A stretch of 64,000 nucleotides of DNA from Lama glama (taxonomy: Eukaryota). Where the stretch lies: contig CM052817.1 in NCBI GenBank assembly GCA_028534125.1, positions 84,322,001 to 84,386,000 on the forward strand. Reading direction: 5' to 3'. A program made the translations under genes and the position numbers. Positions 1 through 12,800 of the stretch are shown here, one piece after another (position 1 is the stretch's first letter; every line of letters starts with the position of its first letter). The notes under the pieces were generated by a model, which was given only the letters and a program-made list of their open reading frames with translations, did not search any database and was not told where the DNA came from.

Positions 1-599
1 ATGTCCCTTCCTACAGTGGAGATGGAGGTGCCAAAGGAGTGTCACTTGAATGCTCCGTCAATGGTCTTTGGACAATGACTTCCTCTTACTTGGCCTTCCA
101 GGCAGTGCTGTGATTATAATCTGGCTTCCTAGGTAGTCTTTCAATTTTGGGCAAAGTCCCAAATGCCTAATAGTTTGTATTTTGTCTGCCTAGCTGTTAA
201 TAACTTTTCATGGCGGGTGGACATTCCAGGCTCCTGCAAATGGCATCCCTTTGAGTCAGCTTTGATGGAACCAGACAGGATGTGAGGACAAGCCCTGCTG
301 AGGATGGATCCAGAGTTCTGGGAGGCATCTGTTCTAGCCACCCTGTGAAGTCCTGTTTCTGTTCAAGAACCCTCTCTCTGATGTCTTTGTTTCACATTTG
401 ATTTGAAAGGATCTCTGTTCTCCAGAACTTACTATAAGCTTTAGAGACACACACGTATAGAACATTTAAGTGATGATATAAGGCAGGAGTTGATTGACTA
501 CTGAAGAAAATGGTATATTAAAAAGGGTAAAGAAGTTTTAAAATAAGAAAAAAGATGAAATGAGTGGTGTAGATGCTTTTAATTGGAATGGTGGACGGT

Positions 600-1080
600 A
601 CTTAGTGGCTTTGCACTGAGCCTGGAGACAAGGTGGCGTTGAGATGGGTGGGGAGGACAGGGCCAAGGAGCACCATCAGCAGAGGCTGAGGTTGGAAAGC
701 AGGGGTGCTTTCAAGGACAGAGGCCAGGCAAGCTGGTTACAGGGGCTTGTGAGGAGAGATGTTTAGGTAGAGCAGGGAGGAGCCCGGTGGAGGAAAACCT
801 CTGAGTTTCTGGCTGAACTCATTTGCAGTGTGAAACTGAGGGAGAGATGGGCATAGGGAATAATGTGATGAGGTCACCTTGTAGGAAGGCTCTGTTTGCT
901 TTAATAATTGGAAAGGTAAGGAACTGGGCATGTAGAATAGAAGGGTGGTGCTTGAAGTAATCTCCGTGTAGGTGGCTGCAGAGCTGGTGGGGCAGTAGGA
1001 GGACTTGAGAGGGTCATATGTTATGAAATGATAAGCCATGGCTATTGAATAGAAAGATCAGAAGGGTTGTATATTAGTAA
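600..1080 (-). mobile_element. L2 LINE fragment (degraded)
   Basis: Purine-rich sequence resembling the reverse complement of the L2 3' region. Confidence 0.5.
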
Positions 1081-1289
1081 AGAAATGAGCAAGCAGCAGT
1101 ACGATTCCGAACGTGAAGATGCTGGTGACGTGTATGTTAAACATTACAGAGGTTTGCCCAGAGCTTTGTTGTGCAGCTGCTTTTTGTTACCTCCCTTTTG
1201 TTCTTCAGGACTCTGCTCGGAATCTTACTGACTCCACCAGCCTGTGCTCCTGTAGAGCCTGGTGTTTACCACTGTCAGGCACTAACACT

Positions 1290-1410
1290 GAATTCCTGTT
1301 GACTTGTCTGTCACCTCAACTAGACCAGAAGCTCCATGAGGTCAGGGACAGTCATTTCTCTCCAGCACTTCCTCATATATTAGGTATTCAGATGTTTGTA
1401 GGATGCATTA
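1290..1410 (+). mobile_element. L2 3' end fragment
   Basis: ctagaccagaagctccatgaggtcagggac...taggtattcagatgtttg resembles the L2 terminus. Confidence 0.6.
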
Positions 1411-1459
1411 TATGATAATGTATTTTTTTGCTGCTTTCTCTGGAGTGTTGCAAATAGCC

Positions 1460-1483
1460 TTATTATTATTATTATTATTATTA
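1460..1483. repeat. (TTA)8 microsatellite
   Basis: Direct reading. Confidence 0.9.
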
Positions 1484-3089
1484 CTTATTCTACTGCTGTC
1501 TAGATAATAATCAGCCATTGCCTTAAATGATACTGAGGGCCCTCTGCTTTCTCTCACTGGCTTTCATTGGGCAGATGTTTGCAGCAGACAGGCACTGTGC
1601 TGTCTTAAAGATAGTAACATGTGCGTACTTTGATTTCTTGATAGAGTAAGTAACCCCAGGTGAGATAAATCAGCCTGATGTCAAGGATTAAGTACATTAG
1701 AGCCACAGAAGAGGCACTTCTGGCGTGCACTCTCCCCGTTCCTGTGCCAGCTTCCCTGGAGAAGTACAGCACGACATTCTCAACCTTCTTACTCAAGGTC
1801 TTTCGGGGTGGATGAAAATGGAACTCATTAGAAGGGAAACATTACTTTTACTCTTGTTTCGCTTGCAAGTACTTACGTGTGTTCAGGAGGATCGTTCTGT
1901 CCTGGCCAGTGATTGCATTTTGCACACAGTGACTGTTGAGGTGCATGCTTTCTCTGGAAGCTGTGTTTGAAAGCACAGAGGAAGGCATTTTGATTTTAAA
2001 AGATTCTAAGTTCTCCAGACTCTTGCATTTAGGTAAATGTCAGTTGTTCGAATCAGTGATGTAACCAGTGTTTGTTTCCTCATTTCCAGCTGGGGAGCTT
2101 TTGATGGGCTTTCGCAGTCTCTTCTCAGTTCTCACACCCGCTCCTGAAGTGGGGGCTGTATTCTTGCCCTGATGCTTCATGCTGTTAACTTTCAAGGAAT
2201 TCCTCTTTAGGTGGCACTTTTTTTTCCCCTCTTCTTTTTCTCAAGCTCTCTTGTAATGCAGGCTGTAAGGAGCTGAAGCTGTTGCTGGGAATAAGCGGGC
2301 TTTGCCTTTCTGTTTTCTCCTTGTACCTCCTGTTGGGTCCGGAGTGGAGCAGGGGTGCCTTCTTCTAGCAGCTTGTTGAAGAGAGTTCAGCTGTCAGCAC
2401 TTGGTGTTTCGGCACAAGGTGACAGGGTAGGGAAGACAGTTGTTTCCAGTGGGGAGTGGGCCCCAGGGGTTTGTCGCTGTGGAAGTCTTTCTGGGGTGGA
2501 CCTGCCCCAGGCGAGCCCTGGGTGTTAGAGTTACAGTGGAATGGGGCTCTGCAGGAAAGGGGATGGGTGGGCTTTAGGACTGTGATCCTGCTTCACAGTG
2601 TGAAACCCTAGTACTCACGTCCTGGCTTCCTCTTGGAAATTCTTTTAATGGCTTTTGAAGAATCAACTGGTAAAAATCTGCAAACCTAACTGGATAAGTT
2701 AAGGAAACAGGTAGCCATTACCACTAGCTACCTGTGTCTTAGAAAGAAAATATAAAATATTGAAATTAAAGATTAGGGGCCTGAATATTTGAATGAATCA
2801 TAGGTCTATTTTGTCGGTGGGAACAGACTACATTGTGCGATAAGCTTTCTTTTTCTAACTTCCTCTTTTACAGGTCCATTTAGAATGGAACTTTGGGTTT
2901 TTAAATTCTGACTTGTTCTAGGACAGTTCTAGAAGTTTCTGTCTTACTCTAGTACAGTGGTTCTCCATATTTTTCTCCACACTGTTCTGTGTGCCACGTT
3001 CCTGGAAACACACCACATTGTAATGCTGGAAGGGTTGGGGTGAAGTGTAGTGAAATTAGATTTAGAATCAGGCGTTCCCTGTTCACAAT

Positions 3090-3190
3090 GTGACTAGGAA
3101 ACTGAAGCCAGAAAAAGGTTTAGGCAGTGACTTGCCCAAAGGTCCTAGTCAGTAAAGGAGAGGGGTCTGGATCAGAACCATATGATATCT
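3090..3190 (-). mobile_element. MIR fragment
   Basis: ggaaactgaagccaga...gtgacttgcccaaaggtc is the MIR core in reverse orientation. Confidence 0.6.
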
Positions 3191-3816
3191 GTGGTCCCTT
3201 CCTTTTCCAGCTTTGAATTGCTGACAGGTTGGAGATGACGAGGGGAGGCATTTGCATTCCCAGTGCCCCATTTGTTTTGTTCCTAGAACTCTAGGTATTC
3301 AATTTGTAGGAATCTTTTAGCAAAATTTGCCCGAAAAGCATGATCATGCCCAGAGCAGTGTAAATATTCACACATTCAGGCACAACCCCATCCCCAGTCC
3401 CCATATACACGTGAAAAATATGAATCTGTCTGTAGTGAGGAAGCACTGTGCTCATTGCCATGGGTTTTCTTCCTGCAGTGTTTGCTGCCAGTCAGCTAGA
3501 GACTCCTGGACTAGTTGTAGTGATAATGTCACAGGAACGGGAGAGAAGCCTGGCACCTTTGGGAGACCTGCTGATAAGTGACTTCTCTGCCCCTCCCCCT
3601 CCTTTTCAACCTGTTCTGTTAATGAGTGCACCTAATTATGTATCTGGTCTTTTTACTATTTACAATTCAAATGCTACTTAAAGCCGATTGTTTGCTTTTG
3701 TATGCTGTAAATCCTGGGCTGCCTTCTGAAGCACAACTTGATGATTGTGTATTATCATCTTGGGTTAAGTGCTGTCTCATTGCTTTGCAGGCTGCCTGCT
3801 GTTTCCCGGGGAGATC

Positions 3817-3868
3817 ATGAAACGAGGTCGCCTTCCCAGCAGCAGTGAGGATTCTGACGACAATGGCA
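3817..3868 (+). CDS. JADE1: JADE1 coding exon 1 (exon starts at 3791 with 26 nt of 5' UTR); [17 protein letters not shown]
   Basis: Acceptor ctttgcag|g at 3790/3791; ATG at 3817 with A at -3; donor a|gtaagt at 3868/3869. Confidence 0.96.
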
Positions 3869-6800
3869 GTAAGTCCTGCTTTGTTGTTCTTGGAGCCTAC
3901 CAGGGTTTGGGTCAGTGTAAAAACATGATTTTTTAATGTAATGCTTTAAAGAGCTGAGGACCTCTGCATATCAGGCAGGTCAGAGAAGAGCTACAGCTGA
4001 GAAACACATCTGTCTGAGTGTGATACTGCAGGTCTGCAACCAGATCTTTCCGGGTAAGGTTGACTGCGGGTGGGCATTCCTCGGGCTTCCTGTTTGTTAT
4101 CCAGAGATGAACAATCCAGTTTCAAGAGTCACTGGTGTGTCTCTTTTTCCTAAACATCATTTACAGTACTTCACAGTTGCTTTTTATGAAAAGGGAACTT
4201 AATCGAAGCCACTTAATTATTAACTAGTCTAACCTGAAACAAAGGGCGACTGAAGGCTGCCTAGTGTGATGTGAAAATATTAAGTACAGGTTTTTAGGAG
4301 GGCACGAATCAGTGCTCTTCACTGATTTGAACATGACTGTATTAATACTGCTACTGTCTGCATCTCAGCTCTGGCATCCTCATATTTTCACAGTGCGTCT
4401 GAGAACCAGAAGTTAGTTGGCTTCCAGGCAGTCAAAATAAATGTCACACAGCGTCTGTGTATTGAAGCTAACAGACTACCCGGGGAAGAGCTCCCTTTGG
4501 ATAACAAGGAAATTTTGTACCTAGCACAGTGCCTGAGCTCCTGCCCATTTGCTTACGTTTCATATTACAGATCGAATTTGGCAAACCTTGAAAGATTGCT
4601 TGCTCTACTGAATGATGGGAAAGGTATTGGGGCTGCTTTCAAGGAACTCTGTCTTTGACATGTGTAAAACCCAGCCTGATGTAAGGTCGTCAGGACAGTC
4701 AGAGATGCCTTTTTGAAGCACTGTGGAGATGTATATGTCTAGGCACAAATTCAGAGGAAAGGAGGGCCAGGGAAAGTTGGGCAGGTCCTGAAGCCTTAGT
4801 TTAGGCAAACAGGGTTGTTTTTCTGGTCTCCCAAGTTTTTGGCAGGTTAAAAGTGGCAAATTAGAAAGCAAGGCTTTGCTGTTGTGGGCGGCCACATTTG
4901 ACAGCCACCGGAACCATTAAAAACAGAAAAACTCAGACACAGAAGGAATCAAATCCTGATTGGAGCTTTGGATACAAGCATGAAGCAGTGAACTAGAATT
5001 GGTGGATGGGAGGGTGATGGGAGTTTGGAGGTACGTGGAAGTGAGCTGTGACCAGATGGAGGGAGGGCTGGGACTGAGAAGTTTAATGAATGGGTCTTTT
5101 GGGACAGACAGCGGGAGCTGATGTTTGGCACAAAGGAGTGAACTGGGTGAGGGAAGGAGAGATGAGTAGGAGCTCCAGAGATGGGGCTCCCCTTCCATCT
5201 CAGGGAGGGGACTGAGGGGCCCTGCTGCCTTCGGGGGCGCCTTCTGAATTTCTTAGCGCTGGTCGTTTTCACAGTCCTCATTACCTGTTTTCTCTAATAT
5301 TTACTTAGGCTTTTTACTCCTTGAGGCAAAAACGTGCTTAGGTATTTCTCCCCTGTACTCTGTAGTGCCTATCAAGTGTCCTCAGGGGTCATAAGCACTC
5401 AATAAATGCTTGCTGCTTGCTCAGAGTACACAGTTTTGTCCTACAGCAGTTAAAAGCTCACTTTTTAGGTTCAGAATTAATCAGAAGGGTTATGAGTTAC
5501 TTCTGCATACTACCAGTGTCCAGTAAAAGGCGAAGAGTCCCATTTTCATACATTTTTGGTTGAGCAGCAGGTCTGTGCTTGCTCACTCTTTTGGCTCTCA
5601 GCACTACCTCACTTCCACCTTGGGAAATCTGAGTTAGAAATGGTTCTCTTGGAATGTTCTCTCCGGACTGGAGCTGCCCAATAGGAGGGAAATGATCTGA
5701 TGTAACTAAGGAACTGAGTTTTAAAATTTAATTTAATTAAAATTAAAATTTAAAAAGCCATGTGGCTAGTGACTACCATATTGGACGATGCAGTTCCAGA
5801 CACCTGCCCAGTCCAGTCCTTCTGGCTGTTTAGAGGCTCCTGGTAGTCCCACAGGGCCTTGGATTCGTCTTCTTGGGCTGCCATGACAAATACCACAGAC
5901 TGGGGGGGTACTTCAGCAACAGATGCTTACTTCTTATCTCCCAGTTCTGGAGGCTGGAAGTCCAAGATCAAGGTGCCAGTAGGTTTGCTTTCTCCTGAGG
6001 CCTCTGTCCTTGGCTTGCAGACGGCTGCCTTCTCCCTGTGCCCTCACAGGGTCTTTCCTCTGAGCATGTGCATCCCTGGTGTCTCTGCGTCTAAATGTCT
6101 TTCTGTAAGGACCCTAGGGAGACCCTAATGACTTCATTTAACCTGAACCACTCATTTAAAGGCCTTATCTTCAAATATAATCGCATTCAGAAGTACTGGG
6201 GGTTAGGCTTCAATATGTGAATTTTAGAGGGGGATGTACACAATTCAGGCCACAACAGCCCTAGATGACCAGATGTTTCATCTAAACATGCATTTTCTGC
6301 CTCCTCCTAATATACTTATGTCTATGCTGGCCTCCCTGAAGGCAGGGATAGAGGACTGAGGCGAATATTTAAAGGGTCCTGGAGGGTTATCGTAAGAAGA
6401 CCAGGCTGGGTTTTGTTCTACCCTGGGCTACACTAGTAGGACCAGTAGTCCGTTAGATAGCTGCTAGTAGAAGGCAGGCAGGCTGGCCTTGTGTCACACA
6501 GTTGCTTCGGTTAAAGCGTGTGGTGGTACTGCACGGCTGTGCTGTCTGTCCAGGCCTAATGGTTTAGTCATAGTGGATGATGCTTGCAGTAACAAGCGGC
6601 TCTCATTGAGAAGCCCCGGAATGCCAAGCTTTGTAAACATATGCCCGTATCCACACCATGGCACACCCTTTCCACCCTCTCTGAGGGCAGCTGTTTCACA
6701 GTGTAGGCTTCTGCCACCAGCCTGCTAGTTTGCATGGGCGTATATCCTCTTGTGTGGGCCTTTGGTGGTGTGTGTGGGGTGCCTTCTGCCCCTGCTCATT

Positions 6801-9800
6801 CCGCAGAGCTGAGCCTGCCCTCAGCCAGGTACCTGTAGCCCTGCTTGTAAGAAGGGCTGGGTCTGTGCAGTGGCCACTGTCCAGCCTTTCCAGCCTGCAG
6901 CCCCAACAGAAGTTTGGCAGCAGCTCCCAGCCCAAAGCAGAGCACATCCAAATGGAGGAGAGGCAGCTGTAGACGTCAGCTTAGGGCCCCAGTACCATGG
7001 CTGGGCCTGCCTGGCCTCCTGGACTGGAGCTCTTTGCTTTGATTTGTGGCCTGATCCAGGGGGAATGCCAGTGTGGTGTTTACAGTTGGGGATGGACGGG
7101 CGTTTTCCATGCCGGTGCAAACCCTCATCCAGCTGCAGTCATAGGTGCCCTGGAGGGCTGGCCTTGGCTGTTGGATGAAGTATGTTGGGGTGTTTGCAGG
7201 CTGTGTCTGTAATTGCTGGGCTCCTGGCACTGAGTGGCCTAGCCAGTCTCTGAAGTTACACATTGTGCCAGGGTGTGACCTGGGGAACAAGCACTGTATT
7301 TCCTGCTTCCCAGTCCATGGTCTTCTGTCCTTCAGAGTTTTGGCGAACTAGGGTTTTCGGCAAACATGACAGTGGGGTCCACCAGATATTTTTAGTATTT
7401 CTAAAGCCCTAGCTTGTGGGGAGGGGAAAGGGGCTGGAGGTTGCACCAGTCATCAACGGCCAGTGATTTAATCCATCATGCCTGTGTAACGAAGCCTCCA
7501 TAAAAACCCAAAAAGGCAGGGTTCAGGAAGCTACCCGGTTGGTGAACATGGAGATTTGGGGAGAGTGGTGCTCTCTGAGAGGGCAGGGAAGCTCCTTGAC
7601 CCTTCCCCATGCCTTGTCTTAATGTATTTCTTCTTCATCTGGCTGTTGATTCATATCCTTTTAATATCCCTTTATAATACACTGGTGATCTGGTAAGTAA
7701 CATGTTTCTCTGAGTTCTTTGAGCCACTCTAACAAATTAATTGAACCCAAGGAAGGAAGGGGTCATGGGAACCTCTGATTTATAGCCAGTCAGTCCGAAG
7801 CACAGGTAACAACCTGGGGTTGGCAGCTGGTGTCTGAAGTGAAGGGCAGTCTTGTGGTGCTGATCCTGTGGAATCGAGTTCTGTCTCTGGGTAGATGGTG
7901 TCAGAATGGAATTGAATTCTTGGACACCCTGCTGGTGTCTGACAGTTGGTTGTTGGTGTGGGGATGCTTCCACAGGCGCGTGTTGGAATTGGGCCTGGGG
8001 ATTGTTTTCACCTGCCTAATGTTCTAAATTTCAGGGCTGTGCTGACCTCCCTGTGGGAAGGCCTAGGGTGTGGTTGGAGGCCTGGAACAGGGACTTGTGG
8101 GGGCCCTCCCTGGTCTCCCAGTTTCTGCTGACCCTGAAACACTTCTGTCTTCTCTAGTTATCTAGCCAGGTTCTGCTCCACACTTGTGATAACAAAGGTG
8201 CAGAAAAGGGCTGAGTAGAATTCAGGCCTACGAATTTCACACTTAGTAATGCTGGTCGATGAACATGAAATTATGTGAGGACTTTTGTTTTTCTGGGTTC
8301 TCTCCAGCTGACGGATAAACAGAAAAGAAAGACCAAGATTTTTAGCGGATGAAGCATACTTTCTGCTTTGGACCTTTTATGTCTCATGCATTTAATGGGT
8401 TCTCTTACATTTTTCAATAACTTGTCATTTTGTTTACGTTTGACTGGCTGTTCTTGGTTCCTTTCACGGCAAGTCTTCTGAGGTTTCTTGGTGGTTTCCC
8501 TTTTGCATAAAAGTTAAGTCTGCTTCCGTTTCTATTTCTGTTTGACTATACCTTTAATTTGCTCCCTTCCCTCCATCAGTTGCATCTTAGGACACCAAGG
8601 ACATCTTGTGTAGGGATTCTTGAAATGAGAGTTTTGTCTCAAGTACTGCAGAATGTGTGCTGTGCCCATGTTGCCTCAAGGCACGCGGAGATGGCTTTGC
8701 CCCTTTCCAAACCTGACGTGTGGCTTGTCCTTGACAGTGGAAGAGCATCATCTTGGGCTTGAGGAGCTGCTAACACAGCACGGACGGTCTGGTCCACCAG
8801 CTAGTCTCTGTGGCCCTAGACTTGGACTCAACAGAAGGGCTGGGTTACTGTGAAACGTTTGTGTCAGTTGGTTGAAGGCCAAGTGTATTTAAATATGTTG
8901 GAACATTCCTGGGCCAGTTCTCTGAATGTACCCATTAAACTTTGTTTTTTGAAAGACGGAAGTGAGTTTGGACCATGGAGCCAATAAGCCATGCTGGGAT
9001 GGAAGGGCGGGCTGGGCGGCGGGAGATGTGGGGTCAGACCATGCTGGAAATAGCAGTGGTGTGCGATTAGGTCATACAGTTATCATGCAGTTAAAGCAAG
9101 TAGCTGGGAACTACATTCAGTTTGCTTTCTTTTAGCTAGGACTTTGCTTAGTACCGCTTTGCTTGCACAAGGCTGGCCTCGCCTTGCACTGTTACGGTGA
9201 TGGGGTTGGCCTGCTGGGCTCCATGCTTGCTGGTCCTAAGCCTCTTACTGTGCTAAGCTGATTTAACACTCCTAGAGACACAAGGGTAGTATTTAGCATT
9301 TAGAAACAGGATGTGAGACACAGGAGATACGCTATTTGATCAGTGGTTAGGTTCTTTCGTAGTTTTGCATTTTGTGGTGGTGTGAGCACCCACCCAGGCT
9401 GCCATTCATTCTAATTTCTGAACCTTTCATGTGCGGGACAACCTGGGAGGCTACACATACACGAACTGTCAAATGGGAGGTGTGTGCAATATGCATTAGA
9501 TGTACTCTTGAGGTTTTTCCTTATTTTAGATCTAGGGCAAGACTGCGTGACTATTTTTAATATTTCAAAGGAGTATTCGAGGTAAATGCATAATAGGACC
9601 AGGAAGCAGGGTTCAGAATGCAGTACATGCACAAGATCCATGCTCATAGTGCTCTGATCTGTGAGCCTTTTATGACTTATTATTGCTCCCAAATTTGTTT
9701 TAATGGAAACTGGGGACAGTGAAACAAAACAAGGGTTTATTCCATTAATTCTTTTCAGTGTTTAATATAGATTAATTGTTGATACTCAAACAGCGTACAT

Positions 9801-12800
9801 GTCAAGAAGCTAAAAGTCACACTTGTCACTAGAGTAGACTTAACTTTAGGTAATATCTTGTGTGTGGGTAATACAGTACTTTTTAGATATTACCAAGTTT
9901 TTAGAGTTGCCAACTCCTCTCCTGAAAGCAACAAACAAAATGTTACTTGCCATATTCTTAATTTAGCTTGTCATTAAATGTTAGGACTCTGAAAAAAAAA
10001 CAAAATGCAGCACCAACTCAGCATAATCTTAGCACGTGGTTTTTAAGAGCTAAGAAGTGGCCAGTGTTATACCATAGTGTGAATCACTGCCTCCCGGTCC
10101 TTTTGGTGTTCGAAATACTCTCATTTCTGGTTTAATTCTTTTTCTTCACCCAGCATACTTCCAAAAAAACCCATAGCATTTTTAAATTAAAATGGAGTGT
10201 GGGCCATTTTTGCTTGGGATTGTGTTCTGGGAGCTTGATGGCTGTCTGGGAAGTACCCGGAGAGAATGTGGCTGAGGGAGGAGAAGTGGTGAGGAACGTC
10301 AAGGCAGGTGCTCTGAGTCTCCCGTGGGCTCGCTGTGGGTGCTCTGTCAGGGGAGTGCGTTCCTGTCAGGAAACAGCGGCCCCACCACGCTGTCTCTGTT
10401 TGCCAGGACCTCATTTTCCTTAAGCTCAATAGCATATCTTCTAGTAGTTAAAACAGGGGTGTGTCTTTGGTACCTGCCACCTGCAGTGCTTGAGTAACAG
10501 TGATGGTTCTCGTTGAGCATGACTGTCTGTCCCGAACAATGACACTATATTTTTTTCCATTTAAAAACTTGAAAAAAAAATTGAGAATCTGCTGTGGGCA
10601 CAGTGCTGACTTAGGTACGCTGTGTGCTCTGAGTAGTACAGTGAGTTAGAAGGAGGGGATCACCAGTAGGTACCTGTGTGGGGCGTGGAGGATCCCGCTT
10701 CTCGCTGTTGAGCAGCGAAGTGCAGGCTTCGTACCAGCCACCTGTGTGAAGTAAAATGGAGCATTTTGTTTTCCTTCACTGTTAATGGGTGATAGAAAGT
10801 CACCAGGTATTTTCTGCACACATTTAAAGTGTACGCTTTGATACGTTTTGACACATTTACACCCATGAAATCATATAACTCAAGATAATCCTTCCCCTCC
10901 TGCTTTCCTCAGTCAACCTCTGATCTACTTTCTGTCACTATAGATTAGCTTATATTTTCTGGAGTTTCATATAAACGGAATAATACAGTTCGTATTCTTT
11001 TCATCTGGCTTCTTTAATGCCACATAATTACTCCCACGTACATCCATGTTGCATGTATCACCGGCACGTTCCTTTTTATTGCTGGGTAGTAGTCCCTTGT
11101 GGTTATGCCATGATTTGTTCATTCATTCAGTCTGGTAGTGGGTGTTTGCATGGTTTCTGGTTTTTGTCTTTTATAAATAAGCTAAGGACATTCCTTGTGT
11201 CAGTGGTAATTTAAACTTAGTTTTCCTTCCAGCCTTTCCCTTTCTGCAGTGTAAGTTTTATTAATTTTTCTCTTCCTCCTCTTGCATTAGGCAAATGAAA
11301 AGGAAGAGGAACAGACTATTTCTGGGTGGGCCAGAGTTTCTCTTGGGTAATACTATCAGATACCAAATTTATAGCATTTTTGAATATCTGTTTTTAAAAG
11401 CAGACAACATTTTTCAAGAATATAAAAGCAGTACTAGGAAAAGTTTCTAAGTGATTGCCATTACTTGGTTTGTTCTGTGCCAGCAAAGCTGAAACTTCCT
11501 GGGAACCTTGAAAGCTACCCTGGAGGGATCCTGACAGATCCCCAGGAAGAGGCAAGAGGGCCACAGAACTTTGAGAATGAACAAATCTGTTGCTTCTGCT
11601 TTAACTTTGAGAGTATTTAACTGTAAGCACTCACCTCCCCTCCCCACCATGTTAGTTTTTGAATTATAGCCGTGGAATGAATTTAAAGTTTTTCTGTTTC
11701 ATTCCTTGTCACTTAACAACCCTTTACATGGTAATTCCAAGTGAGGGGGCCATCCCTCTTCTGCCCTGTGTCTCCTTCCCCGCCCCCAGCGCTTGGGCAG
11801 TCCCACCCCGAGTTGCCTGTGCTCTTCCCATCTCTGCTTTCAGCCTGCGGGCTGGCTGGGGGTGGCCTGCAGGACCAGAGGGTGGCAGAGGGGCCTGTTA
11901 AACACACAAGCTGCCCAGCTGCCTTCCTCTCTGGGTTCCTAGCTTGGCTTCTGTCTTTCTTTCTCCAGTGGTGACCAGATTTAAAACTTCCTGCAAGTCG
12001 GAATCACCCCAGTGTGCCCAGAATATTTTTTGCAGTGTGGGAGTGAAGATTTCTTGTTCATTTGGAGTCTAAAGAAAGATATTTAGGATTATTTTTTAAA
12101 GAAGAAGTTTTGAAAATATTACTGAGTAGTGCAGTAGGGCCACTAGTAGGAAATCTAGTTCTGCTGGCCTGACAGCAGTCAGTTGACCCAGTATCGGGCC
12201 TCAGAACTGGTCTTCAAGGGTAGTGCCGACCTCTCCCCTGTCAGGGGAGCGTGGCAATCCCCTTTAGTCTCTGTCATTGCAAATCTGATGATAGGCTTAT
12301 GTGCAGAGTCTATTTCTTAATGCCCCCAAGGTCTTAAGGATGTTTTGATTCTGTGTCCCTTGTTTCTGGAATCTGTAGAGATAAGAGTTTCTTGTTTGAG
12401 TGACAGGTGATTTTACTGGTACGGTAGAGGTTCCCTCAGGTCTTAGCTTTCTGGGGTCGGGGAGGGGTTGTTAATTTCTGGGAAATGGTACAGTTGTAAT
12501 CAAGGTGGAGGCACGTCATTAGGAAGTTAGACACCCTGCAGGTGGTTGTGAGAGCTGTTTCAGATCTCTGATGGTGGTCCAGCACCCACAAACAGAGAAG
12601 ACCAGGATTCTGAGGTTTTGGGCAGTTGAACTGATGTGACTTGGGCATTGATTGGATGTGTCCTGAGTCAGGAGAGTCTAGGATAACTCTTAAGATTACT
12701 GACTTTAAGTGGGAGTGGTGGTGATAATTCCTCAAAGTAGGAGTAGAAGAATGGGTTTGGGTAAGATGTTGAGCCCAGTTACTGTGGTGCTGAACTCTGA

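Noticed and set aside
9530..9581. 52-nt pseudo-exon (ttattttag|...gag|gtaaat) in the first JADE1 coding intron
   Set aside because: Frame-shifting with no other support; such site pairs are common in introns.
12233..12249. Inverted repeat ctcccctg-t-caggggag
   Set aside because: An 8-bp arm pair at a fixed spacer is expected about once per 64 kb by chance.
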